Assembly (NCBI GenBank): GCA_976226885.1
Contig: OZ320316.1
Span: 80,104,001 to 80,168,000, forward strand
Origin: Iphione sp. A-MEVVRFRX5
Taxonomy: Eukaryota
Length of the DNA: 64,000 nt
Reading direction: 5' to 3'
Every line of letters begins with the position of its first letter. The first letter of the stretch is position 1. Both the position numbers and the translations under genes were made by a program. A model generated the notes under the pieces. That model saw only the letters and a program-made list of their open reading frames with translations, did not search any database and was not told the origin of the DNA. Below are positions 11,201 to 24,400 of the stretch, one piece after another.

Positions 11201-13190
11201 CAAGATGTAAAGTGCATTTCGCTAGCATTGTGATCTATCCTTAGGGCCTTTGTAAATTTATTTCCCTGCATATTCGACCTCTTCTAAAAAACGTTATCCT
11301 TGGGGCACATGAAGAGGGAGGGGGGAGAGTTTCAAAATCAAAAAGGTTCCTCTACCTTTTACATGCGTTTAGTGTAAATAATATAAATAAAACGTCTTAT
11401 TTATGAATCTATGTTCTTTTCCCCATTCGGAAATATCGCTTTGATTATTTCATTCTTCAAGTTCAAATTAATAAAATCTGGAATACGCATCCATCCTCTA
11501 GTCCTGTTCCATGCTCTTAACAACACGAAAATCCATTCAGCAGAGGACCAAGCTTTTCAATTGAGAGTCCGTTCAACTTGCCCTTAGCAACTTCACGGAA
11601 AGGTGATCGTTAAAATCTTCTAATAGGTGGCAGCACGTAGAAATAAAACTCGATATTTGTCTGTAGGTGACGCCATAGATTGCCCGAACAGATGCCAGTT
11701 AGTTACAAAGTTACTGTCAGGGACTCTATTCATATCTTGAATGAATTACTTGCGAAGCAGAGGCACTTAAATTACTTTGAAAAATAGCCTGGAAGGGCAC
11801 GAGCTCCTCAAATCGGTAACATAGGCTTAGTGATGCAGCATGTAACGTCCCTCTCGTCTCATTGGTCTACGTAGTTATGCAGTGAGCAGTGCACACGACC
11901 ATCACGTGTTTTAAGGCACGTGATCATAGAAGATCGACATTTATAGTGAATTCGTCCGGCGGGACACCAATTCTTCTCTATTTCGGGAACTGTGCATATA
12001 GCGCTTTGGGGATAATGATTTAGGAGAAAGAAAGAAAGCCGAGGTTCGTGCCAACTAAGCGGAACAAAGTAGAACCTTTGAGGCCAGCTTAGTGGGGGAA
12101 TTTTGTATCTAGCGTAGAATAGAAACTAAAGTTTACTTGTCCAGGTGGTTGCAAGGGTACCTTGTTCATTGTTAGAGCAAGTATATTCACTCCTTCTTCT
12201 AACACGAGATTGACTATACTCTCAGCACAAAATATGGAAATTATCCCATACATCATTTATCTAAATGCATGTTGCAATATGTGAACCTATGTAGGATGCT
12301 ATTGACTGATTGTTAGTACATAAGTATGCTTAAAGTTATTCTCAGGACTAACTTATCCGTGGCTTAAACCAAGTTAAATTAGTCCTGCTGACAGGAGTAA
12401 TAATGGACTGATAATCTCAGGTCTTGAAATCTTAATCAAGAGTGACCAACTTTGTTAGGTAAAGATGATGGTGCCAAAAATGACATAAGGCAAATTGGTT
12501 ACCTTAGTCATATATTACTAAGAACATTAGTCATCTATTTTTCCAAGAATATGTGCTTTGTGATAGTCAAACTGACTAAGCTTATATGTGAAAATGAATA
12601 ATCTTCCATGTTCAAATTAACTCATATGTTAAAATTTTTATCTTTAGGAAATTATTGACTAATCTATTGACTAAACAAGCATCATTTATACAGACTAATG
12701 CCTTAAGTAGATTTAAATTCATGTTATATAAAAAAAACAATTGATATTATGTCAATAGAGTAGCTATAATCTCTCATGTAATCACAAGTAATTGTCAAAT
12801 TCTAATACAAGAAGCATTTAGAGAAAGCTGCAGCCCTCCCTGATAAGACTACCCTAGTTGCTTCTCAGGTCAATGAAGGTATATAGATGAAATATTGCAA
12901 AATGTCCTAATCATCACGTGTCTAAGAATCTAAGAATGGTGGAGCAGGAAAATGTTTTATTGATCTCCTTATTAGAGATTTCCACAAGCGGATTGGTCAT
13001 AAGCAACTAACAGAATTGGTCATTATGACTATCTTTGTGAAGTCCAACACAAGATTGTCACTAGTAACTAAGTTTCACAGGGCTTAGTTGATAAAAAATG
13101 GAATATTCTGCTTTTTGTTTGAAGGATAAACAAAATGGCACACACTGCATCAAATCAAAATTCACACCAGCTGTTTTTTACCATGAGTAT

Positions 13191-13204
13191 GGGGGGGGGG
13201 GGGG
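13191..13204. repeat. G14 homopolymer
   Basis: 14 consecutive G. Confidence 0.9.
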
Positions 13205-16200
13205 TGATAGTTCAAACAGCAATATTTCCTTGATACTTGCTTGACACTGGCAAGACATGCCTTGACTCATTTTTATTCCTACACCATCAGCTTTCATAGG
13301 AACGTTGTCCATCAAAATTTGATCATTATCAAGGAAGTTATGGCTGTATGAATCCTTACCCTTTATCATGGTAAAAATAGAATGATTTCTGATGTGATGT
13401 TAATTTTACCATGATTCGCAACAAGTTTTCAAACAGCCAAAGCTTCCTTAATAATGCTATAGCTCATTTTCTTCCTAAGGTCCTTACCATTTCATCAAAA
13501 TCTGATCATTGGAAGTAATCGGATCACCTTAGACAACACTGACATGTCATTGTGCTGTTGCGATTAAAAGTCAATTTTACTAGGAGAGTAGGATAAGTTT
13601 ATCCCATTAGCCTGACATAAAACTGTCATTCCTGCCACAGGATTACCTAAGTTAGTCCCACAGTACGCAGTTTTCCTTGGACTATGTATTCAAGTGTGCT
13701 AACAACTGGAGCTATAGGTTTCCACTTGATAATTCTATGCACATAGACACTTGGCAATATGGGTAGACTTCTTCATATAAATGTGGTGCAAGTTCACACT
13801 CGATTGTCTGTTCAATAGGGTCACGACACGGAAAGCAATGTATGTATATAGAGATATATGGTGCAAGTTCCCACTCGTCGTCATTTCTCTAGGACGAAAG
13901 CTGATGTAGTTCAATATAATGACGAAACAAAATATCAAGGGTCGTAGCCGCTCATCACGTTAGCGACGGTTTACTATTAGGCATGATATATGAGATGTTG
14001 TTTCGTTTGTCGGAAACCTTCGGTTGGCCACCCGAAGATTGCCGAGCGGCCGCCAGAGACTGCCGCAGTAGTCGATGTAACATTCAGTGATGGTCGCCCG
14101 TTGCTCCTCACGCTCCTCAATCTCCACAACCAACACTGCCTCAACCACCAGCACTACAAGCACCACCATCGCCACCATCTCCTCCTCCTCCACCTTCACT
14201 GGCTATTCCTCCAACTGGCCGGCTGAGTCCTACTACCTAGCTCATCTCAGCAGCAGCTCAGTGCAATAATCACCGGTGGAGTATGGATCATCGGCGGCGC
14301 GGCGAGTGATTTCTAATACGGTAGGTGTCATCAGGGAGCTTGTTGTTGTTGTCAGGTCCGCCTGACAGGGCCTGTTTGTAAACACTTGGGGTGACTAGTA
14401 GTCAGGCCAGGCATTGCGTAGTACACGCTGACCGGCGACTGTCAGGTGCCGTGCGCAGCCATAAAACGGCCGGCGGGCCCTATACTTAACAGGGACCAAA
14501 CGACAGCAGCATCACCAGAAGGGATGTACAGATTTTGCTTTATCTTAATCATCTAATCGATGAAGGGTGATGAAGACCGTCTTGTCTAGCCATACAGGCT
14601 GTTCCCTTATTTTAAGAGTGAAAATATTTCTTGCACAACGTGTACATTTCCACGTTAATCATTGCGCTGACGTACGCATGTATATCATATCGGCGAAAAT
14701 GTCTCTAAAACACTTTCGTTCGAAGCGGTATGTTAATAATGTCATATACCTTGAGGATATGAATCAAGAAATTGAACAGAATAACGCATTCCCCTGTCTG
14801 CTCTTTGTCCAGTGACTGGACTTCTGATGACATTTGTCAACGGTGTCGACTGTAATTCGCTCGGTTAATGACTGCAATTTATCTAGACAAACCAGACAAA
14901 ATGGAATACCAGGTGTAGGCCCCCTTTTATTCGCCTGTCCTAATTTCTGTCTGGTACTGCGGTAGGCCTTTATTCTGTGGACCTGTCATTCCTTATTGTT
15001 CTTCCTTCGTCAATCTTCTGCCCCTTTTCGCTTGACGCCTTTATCTTATTCGCTGCATTTCTTATATCCTTTAACAAAGAAATATCAAGATTTGTTCCCC
15101 ATTATGATCTCACAAACACTCCGTATTCAAGACAATGAAGAATTTGTAGCATTAATTCCGATAAAATAACTTAAAATATCCAGCGTTTGTCTCACCCTCC
15201 CCTCTCTGTACCTCTTGATGTTGTTCGTATTAAGATATTATCCTGATATACTGAAATTTGTGCTTTACTTCATTCCTTGTTACGAGCTGACGTCTTCTAA
15301 GAGCAGCTCAAATACTAATTCTGCTGGGGTGACCCTCGAACCATGAGCAATGCGTTGTGCCTGACTATCAGTGGGAATGTAGATACACTGCCCCGGTCGT
15401 CCATGCAAATCAAACAACGATTCTATAGAGTGTAGAACAAATTAACTTAGAGATGATAGGATGTCTGCGAGTCCATAATGTTCATCGGACTTTAAACCTG
15501 CACTTACAGTTAAGAGACCTTGTGTTTAAGTAAGTATGAGTTCATATTTTAGAGGAGAAACAAGTTAGCGTTCATATTCTATACACGCCAGAGATCATGT
15601 GATATCTTTATTAGAGTTTCCAGCAAATGGAAGTGGTGGAAAAACTCGGGCAGAAAAAAATGCGGGTATTAATATCAGTATCAGTTTGTCTTAGTGATAT
15701 GACGATTAGGCACACACTGATGGGATTGTTATTGTAATTCTATGAAAATGCTTTGCCTCAAATGATGACAAGGATGGTTTTCGGGCGACCTAATGGTGAC
15801 TGATGTGAGAAACATTCTTAGCAAGATCCTTCCATTAATATGAAATGATTACGAACGACCGCCACGAGCGCAGGTGCACCTGCAGGAGGCGGGAGGAGAG
15901 GGGCAGTGTCGGGAGCACCTCAGTCGGGGGTGCACCAAACCCCTATGGAACCATTGGCCCACACGCATGTTGACTTTAGTGTCAGTTCATCTCCGCTGAC
16001 GTTCTCTTGGGGTGGCTCTTGCTGCACCGCCAGAACCCGACAGGGATAGCGGTGAGATTATTTATCTTAGCACTTTATGCGAGGGTTGATTGTTCAGTAC
16101 AAGGGTGGTTTTTATTCCACGTGGTGAAGCGGACAAGTAAGGCACTGTGAGGTAAAATAAATCTCTGAATGGTCTATTACAAGCTCCCAAGGAACACATA

Positions 16201-18286
16201 ATGTCTCTTATTTTAGCCTTGCCTTATCCGTTTTAATTCAACGCGAATACTATTGAGACCAAATGAGAAATATGCGCAGCAAATAGGAAATTTTCTTCTT
16301 CAAGTTAATCGAGAAACAGCTAAAATGCATGCAACACGATACTTAATAGTCCCACACGTAACAAGACGAATGACCTTTTGAGGCTATATGGATACATGTG
16401 GACTGAATTATGTAACGTTCGCAATGATATGTACGAATACAATGAGAACCGGAAAGGCCTTTGTACGTTAACCATTGGTGCTGCTTGGCAACCGCTAGCA
16501 CCATTGGCTGCACTCCACACGGGAATGTTAGGATCAGGGCCTCTACGTCTAGCTTTGGCAGCAACATCGCAAGTATGTATACTATAGACTGTATAAAATA
16601 CGCTGTTCTCAATTTTCTTGATCTCTTATTATACACTTAATACCATACTTTTCCCTGTGTAACAGCAGGACACGTTCCCGTTGACAATCTTGCCCTTGCC
16701 ACTGCATGGCTACATGTGTACCTGGACTATTGTCTACACGTTATCGGACGTATCTGTCTGACTTATACTGCGTGGGCAACTTTCCTGTTTCCTGGCTGCT
16801 TGCCCAGCAGAGTACGACTCAGATGTCTGTTCCTGATCACGTTCATAACAAATCATCTGCTAAGAGGGCTTATTACCTGCACAGCATAGAAAATACGTTC
16901 ATTAGCGTCGCATCAAAACGTAAATATTATGTATATGCCAATGAATTCTCGTCTCTGGAAGGATTGGTTGTGTTCAGAGCAATAAAACGGATCCAGAAAA
17001 GCTTCTTGCAGCCAGATTTAATAAAAGTAAACCTTTTTAATCAAAAATAGGAACCTCTGGTTTAGAATTTTTACACACCTTGCAAATATTTCATGAATCA
17101 TTCCTCCTCATCACTGGAAGCCAAATATTGAATTATGAGCTGTAGATAGCCAGCGTCGGATGCAATGACAATACCCAGCTACAATCCACGCACTTTACTA
17201 AGGGTGAAGCTGGCCTGCATGATAAGTAGTATATCGGAATGCATTCCTGATGCAGGTGTCATTGACGCAGTGCGCAGGGTGACTGTCGCCGTTTAATTGG
17301 AGGACGTAGATTATCATCATCAAATTTAAAAGCAAAACTTAAAAAAGTACCAATTTTATGTGCGATATATGAGAAAGGATCATTCGAATTGTATTTGAAA
17401 AGAATGGCTTGCATGTTATCGTTGAATAGTTGATCCCAATCAACGACAGGTAGAGAAATAATTGCCTTTCGGCCTATGCCAGATGTATCTGTCAGAAATA
17501 GTCTTTTTCTGTGCTTCCTTTTGTGCTACTGCAAGTTCTTGCTGAGCGACAACCTTATTCTGGCTACACACTCTTTATAGTGAATCGTTGCCAACAATGC
17601 TAAAAGGCTTCGCTTCGTTTTGAGAATGATTCACGTCAGCATTCTTTTTTCTTTGAACAGGTTCGTGCGTAACGCACACTCCTTCCCTTCTTCCTCACCG
17701 GTGCCTTCTTTGTAACTAAATGCAAGATATGGAAACATCGAAAGGGTCACTGTTATCGCCCAGTTTGTGGTAAATAGATGGTCTAGATACAGCTATACTG
17801 TCTTCCCTTTATGTAGAAAACATAATATCTGTTTGACATTTGTCTCTTTGCTGACCTAATAGTACGATTACACACACTTGTATCCGTATGTGAGTTCTGT
17901 AATCTTCAAAATTGGTAAATATATGAAATAAACTGTAACAGTTGAAAACAGAAAATCCATAATGGAAACAATAACCAGTTCTCATAGGTAAGACACTGTT
18001 GACACAAAGCAAGAACTAACATCCATCGCCAATGCAAATTACTTTGAATTTATTACTTGGATCCTTGCATCTTCTGGCATATATTCCCAACATGGTTCAT
18101 CTGCGACAGGCCTACAGGTATTTTTGACTGAATTCGGTTATGTTATATGGTGCACTCTTTCCTTGCGGACATGTATATATTAGGACACATCCCTAATGTG
18201 GAGGATTTAGAAAAGATCCGACTTATTTCCTTTTGTAAAGCAACATAGCAGGATATCTGCAATCAGGACTGTTATTTTTGTAGAGC

Positions 18287-18516
18287 ATCCCCCTGTGGAC
18301 ATGTGTTATCCTGATTTGGAGCAGCAGGGCATCTTCAGAAGTAATTTTCACAGGTCGACACAAATCCCCCCCCCTGTAGACAAGATGTTGTCACACTAAT
18401 TTAGAGCAGCAGGGCGTCTTCAGAAGTAATTTTCACAGGTTAACACGAATCCCCCCCTGTAGACAAGGTGTTGTCACACTGATTTGGAGGAGCAGGGAGT
18501 CTTCAAAAGTAATTTT
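18287..18516. repeat. ~84-bp minisatellite, ~2.7 copies
   Basis: GAGCAGCAGGGC.TCTTCAGAAGTAATTTT anchors at 18319, 18404, 18487; variable poly-C run. Confidence 0.85.
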
Positions 18517-19736
18517 TACTTCAATTTTACTGGCACTTGTAGGACTCTCACTCGTCCAATTCAGCACTTTTAGGACTCTAACCTGTCACTTCCCATATCC
18601 TACTAACAGATCTATAATGTGGACACGTCTGAAATCAGGACAGTTTGGGCCAGAACGGCAGGCATTTGGGAGAGTCGACTGTATATTGCAACCAGTATCA
18701 AGTGGCCAACCACTCGTTACTTCTGTGGTGACTTGGCACAGCAGAAAGTTGGCACAGCAGATTGCATCGCCAAAAACCCATACACAATCATTTCACCATG
18801 ACCAGTTACCGTTACTTCTTAACAACTACGTCAGGCATACATTTTAATCTGAGAACAACTCTTTTTTATACCTATGCTGTCCAAACATGAATTTACTTAC
18901 CTCTGACGGCAAGTTTGTACAACATCTTCTACTGCATTCTCAGTGTGCCATCGTGTTCAAGAGGCATTCAGGAGAACATTCAGGGGAATTTATTTGTTCA
19001 CTTAACTTTGCTGAAAAATTCTCAAATGTAAGTCTATATTTCAATAACTATTTCTTTCGAAAAGTTGAGGTCAACTCTTAATTTGTCCAAGTGAAGGCAA
19101 AAATTTATGACATCATTTTATCAATCATTCTTGCACATTATATTCTGCGGAACCACAGTCTATCATCTTTGGGTAGACAGATTATCTGTAAGGTACAAGT
19201 ATCAAGACATACAGAAAACATTTTTATAAACTTTTAAAAAATAATTCAGTGTTTTTGAAGCTTTGGCTTGGACTTTGTTTAAAAGAGTGCTAAATGTCGA
19301 TAAATACGTTTGGAACCATGTCAAAATGCACTTTAAGTAAGGTAACTCAGTGCATTGTTAGCTCACCCAAATTCACATTCTTTACTTGGCAGACTCAACC
19401 CTAAACTTTGGTAAGTCCACCAAACATACCAGATAATACTCAAAGGGGGAACTAACACACAGTACCACCTTCTTCATTTCGTATGCAAGATGTAACGCTA
19501 TGAATATGTTATTCGGCAATGTAATATCAAATTTTACTTGTTTATGGAAATCATGTGAAAGAGCTATTTGAATTCAATGCTCCTCTAGAAACGCAAACAG
19601 TTCTGTTGTTGGTAAAAAAGTTACTTGTGAAACCCACCTAAAGCATGGCATAGAGAGTGTGATATTGCTATGTCACTATGTGTGAATATGTCAAGCACAC
19701 GTCTTATCATATGTGTATCCAACTCAAAGCATGGCA

Positions 19737-19740
<4 letters not shown>

Positions 19741-19772
<32 letters not shown>
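19741..19772. repeat. (GA)16 microsatellite
   Basis: Direct reading. Confidence 0.95.
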
Positions 19773-19777
<5 letters not shown>

Positions 19778-20619
19778 ATATCAGGCACTAAAACCTCTCA
19801 GAACAATATACGTGTATAATGCACTGAAGCACAAAAGGCTTCCAAAGATAGGTAAATGGTTACAAACTGTATTACGGTCTTGCATTTGAGGATAGGAAAA
19901 TTCGAGATGTATATTTATAAAGATGTATAAGGGTTATGGATAGGTATTGGAGCTGTTTTCAGTTCATTGGTAACGTTGCAAGATCAGATCACACAAATCG
20001 GCTATTATTGTCTTCTACGCAGTATCAGATAAGACTCATATAACACAACAGAAATAATGTCATATCTTTCACCCAAGATGTCACACATTATGCCCCTTGG
20101 GGGATATAGGAAGATCTGTTCCGTGCTCATTAAGTCATAGTGCAAATGATACAAGGCTGAGGGAACTTCCTGTTCAAATCCATAGAGGGCAGGGCGGTAC
20201 AGACGATGGCTGTACCGAAACGAGTGGATTTGATAATGCACTGGATCTATAAAATACATTAGTTTTTTTCCCATTTCACCTCTCTCCCACTATGATATTT
20301 TCTGTTTAATATACAAGTACAAGTCAATCCATAATCAGACTAACATAACAAAATTGGCAATGACCCATTGACAATCTATCATACACCTTTTAGAATGCCA
20401 TGTTTTCATTAATCTATTGGTCAGCTGTATAAATCGTAATTATGTTCAATCGGCAGGATGAAGAAAGGTATAGAAAATATAACTGATACAGGGAATCTTT
20501 TTATTTAATGATTTGGATGTATATTTATGATGGCTCATGGCATCATTCGCGCCCTGTACTCTGTAGTGCTTCTTCGGTCCATTTCAAGGGAGCGCTTTTA
20601 GGCATTACCTGTCCTTATA

Positions 20620-21430
20620 AATAGGTTGAGATGAGTTCCATAATATTTACAATTTTCTGCTGAGTAACTTTCCTTTCTAAATTAATGAATCAGCTTCATA
20701 ATTTAGCTGTGAGAAGAATATATTTTCCAGTTCTCTCCCACTATTCTGTTCTGACATTGTGATGGTCCTTATTACTGTCAATTCCTCGGCTAAATATTTA
20801 GTCATGTCAGGCCTAGCAGATTACCGTCATTTCTAATGATATAAGGGCCTTTCCCTAACATTATTAAATGGTTTAGCCGCATTGGGGCCTTATTATTGTC
20901 ATGAAGATTCTTGTCATCCTATAAGAGGTGTTTCCGGTCATCAACATTATTGTGTTTTACCCGCGAACTGATCATGGATTTGGAAAATAAGTCCTCTGTT
21001 TCGACCTAATTATGAAATCACTCTAAAAATAATGTCATTTTTTCAGTACTGTGCTTCTAATGTCGGAGACCATAAAGTCAATGTAAGAGTTTTCATCCAA
21101 CGTGATGCATACGTATCTGAAAGTGCCTATCCTTTCAATATCCTGATTACTGATCAATACCCTACGACAGTGGTAATTGGAGGAAGAGTGTGGTAATTGC
21201 ACCACGTCACGTTTGTTTGTGTATTATTGATCACCATTTGTATTCGTATCCAACCAAATCCTCATGGCAGCTAGATCCCTCGCAAGTTTTCGATTTAGCT
21301 CAGGAGGAGAGAAGGATTTTCCCGAGCATCTGATCGCTATGCCGTCTGTATATAGAGCAATTATATTCATGAGATCATCAAGATGAAAAAGAGAAGTGGT
21401 CATAGAATGGAGCCATGGAACACAGCAGAG
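20620..21430 (-). pseudogene. Decayed non-LTR retrotransposon (CR1/L2-like) reverse-transcriptase 3' fragment
   Basis: Frameshifted - strand pieces: VP..GSIL*PLLFF / LDDLMNIIALYTDG / ELNRKLARDLAAMRIWLDTN / IERIGTFRYVCITLDEN / LWNS, collinear with GVPQGSILGPLLF-DDL-LYADD-WL..N-FKYLGV.LD-LWNSL; boundaries approximate. Confidence 0.6.
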
Positions 21431-24400
21431 GTTTTCAGCAGTTCATGAGATTTGTTATTAACTATAATATATATTATATAGACATGTTCAGAAGCGTTAC
21501 TAGTTATGACGACTAGATTCCAGGGTCAATCAAGACTTACATGAAAATTTTGTTTCAATCGATTAGGTAGGCAACTGTCTTTAATTGATCAATTAATTAC
21601 CCATTATACATTTTGTTATGTATCAAGGACTATCTTGGTTACCATATTTTTTCTCAATCCAAATGGCACTGTTTCTGGTGAAAAAGTATAAACCTAGATA
21701 CATACTGCCTTTTATCGCTTTGAAACGTTTATTTTCAACTCGCCACAAATCATAGTCCTCTACTCAAGTGTGTTTTAATTGCTTCCTTCTATCCCCTACT
21801 GTAGGATTAAATCCCGAAAGTTGCATTTCATGGGTGAATTAAGAAAAGGATCAAGGAAAGGAATCTTTGATGCAGTCAGTACGAGTGACAATAACAGCAA
21901 GAAGTATTCTTGATATAGTCATGTGGAACATAACCTGTTTCTGCACCAGTAGGTCGATTTTTATTATACCAGTGTGCTTCGCACGATTTTCGTAATTTAA
22001 CGAAGCATTTAACATTTAACATTTCGCCCTAACACTCAACTACTGCCACCGCTCCCGCCACCGCTCGCTGCCGCTGCCACCACCGCCACTGCCCCAAAAA
22101 TTACCCCTCGCCGCCACCGCCGCCGCGAACAGGCGGCCGGGCAAATCCACCTGCATTCTGTCATACACAGACTCGCGGTATTTTTACCGCGATTACATGA
22201 TTTGCGACGTGACGTTTTTAGTTCTCCTGCTTAGGGAAATCAAGCTAGCATCACCGAATTTGCACAGGATATAGGGAACATCTGTAGCTATAAGTTGAGG
22301 ACAATCCATTGAGGGATTCAGGAGATATTGATGTTCAAACTTTTGAGTCGAGGGAAATGTCAGCCATTTTGATGTTTACTAAGTGAGGGCATGGGTACCA
22401 GTCCAACTCTCCCAGAATTCAAACCGGATTTCCGAGACGATGCCTTTTTATATAAGTAGGTAATTAAGATCCCTTCCGAAAATAGGCCCCATAGATATAT
22501 ATATACTTTTTACAAGTTTTACTACTACATCTACAATTACCAATACAATTGAACTTTCACTAGTGTTTTTGTTATTGTTACCTATCTTGGTCCTAATAGC
22601 CATGTCCATGTTCACGTTTCACAGCTATTTTGCCCACTGTATTGCCATATTTCAAAGTTTTCAATCTCTTTCCTCCTTTTATGTTACAAACACGGAGATA
22701 AACACAGACAGACTAGGACATACACTCATCTGTCAGTGTCTGTCTAATATGCACAGACAAGGAAGCACTCCCTCCTTGTACTCTCCAATTGCGAAAAAAT
22801 GGAGCCACGGCCCTCAAATATGGTCGTGAAAACTATGGTATATCGATATTAGGTTATCTATGTGTATTATTTAATTGAAAAATTGAAGAAAATTTTATGA
22901 CGCTATTGTGAAGAAACTTAGTTAAGGAGTAAAATGAAATAAGGAACAATAATAACAATTAAGTTTTATTTAAACATAAGTCTTATTTCCAAAATTTTAT
23001 ACAAATCTGGTTTCCTCTTAAGAGTGTAGTAGAGGCGTGCTTCGCTCTGTCTTTTCTGGTATTGATATGTTTGTAAGGACGCAGTTTCATGTACCAGAGT
23101 TGGTCACATGACCGCTCTGTTAGGCACTACATTACTCCACTATTATTACTGGAGTGACCATTCAGAAATATCGGAGGAGCTATTTTTGGCAACATCTTCT
23201 GTAACTTTCTAAGAATAACCATGTCACATGATCTACTCAGGAGTATATAAGCCTATACCTCTTCTTGAATAAACAGATGTTCACTCATGTGCACTACAAG
23301 AGAGTTACACCTCAGTAGTTATTTTTCTCCATTTGGAGTGAACCAGATATTTTATGATTATTGTTGTTATTTTATGGTGCATTATGTGCATTTGAGACCA
23401 GGCTCACATTGCATAATATTCACTTACCTAATCAAAATGGCATTACAGATTATCATTTGAATAAACAAACTAACACCCATTTTGAAAAAAAAACAGTATC
23501 TCAGTTCTTTTATGAAACACTGTATTTGATATTGGTTCACTTTTACCATATCCTATTGATTTCCTCCATTTTCATAATGGACAGGTGATGGCTAATACTA
23601 GAAATAAGCAGTTTAACTAAGTCTTCAAACACCCCACTGTAAATGTAATTTTTTAAAACTCCAGTTGTAATGGAGATATATATTCCAGTAGTGTGAGATT
23701 CAAGATGGCCACCCTAACCAGTTGTGTGGTTACACAGTCAATAGGATAGAGCTGTGACGATTCAAAGTTTACATCTACTAGAATGAGCTGCTACTTTTTC
23801 CTCTCATTCATTCTCTAAACAGTTCAGATGTGTAGATTGCTACCTTTTGACACGGACATTTAATTTCTTCTTTTTCCTGGAAAGGGTTTATCTGATGGTT
23901 CTCTGTTTGCATGTTTGTCATTTTATTTTGACACCGTTCTTGGCTGTTAACGGTTGCAACATGTGCAGCACACCATATTGATATTCAAGTGAATACTTTG
24001 GCCTGTACAGTGTCTTGCCCTCACAAATGTTCAGCACTGCTATCAAACTCAGAAAGCGGTATCAGTCATAACGCTGAATTTTCACATACAATGAAACCCT
24101 CTAAAAGGGACGCCCTTGGTTCTTTCCCGAACTGTCCCTAATTCAGGCGTATCATTATTTATAGACTTGCTGTGATATACAGATCAATACAAAATCTTTC
24201 AAAATGTGTTTCTGTTCAAGGCATTTATTTCTCATTAGGAGACATATCCGTAAGGTTGCTTTCTACTGTACATCTCCTTGAAATCCGTTTTGAAGAAAAA
24301 ATGAAACGCTTTGTAATTCATGTGCACAACGAAAAGTCAGAATGTCTTAATGATGAGTATTATTACAAAATTGGCATTTCCTTACTGGACAAATAATAAA

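Noticed and set aside
13960-14269. His/Thr/Pro-rich short ORFs in all frames
   Set aside because: Low-complexity CCA/CAC/CCT-rich DNA; no splice or homology support
18287-18516. 84-bp period suggesting C2H2 zinc-finger (28-aa) repeats
   Set aside because: The frames I translated on both strands contain stops and lack C/H spacing
20138-20182. A-box/B-box-like pair (TAGTGCAAATG...GTTCAAATCC)
   Set aside because: Spacing ~34 nt is too short for a tRNA/SINE head and no cloverleaf is evident
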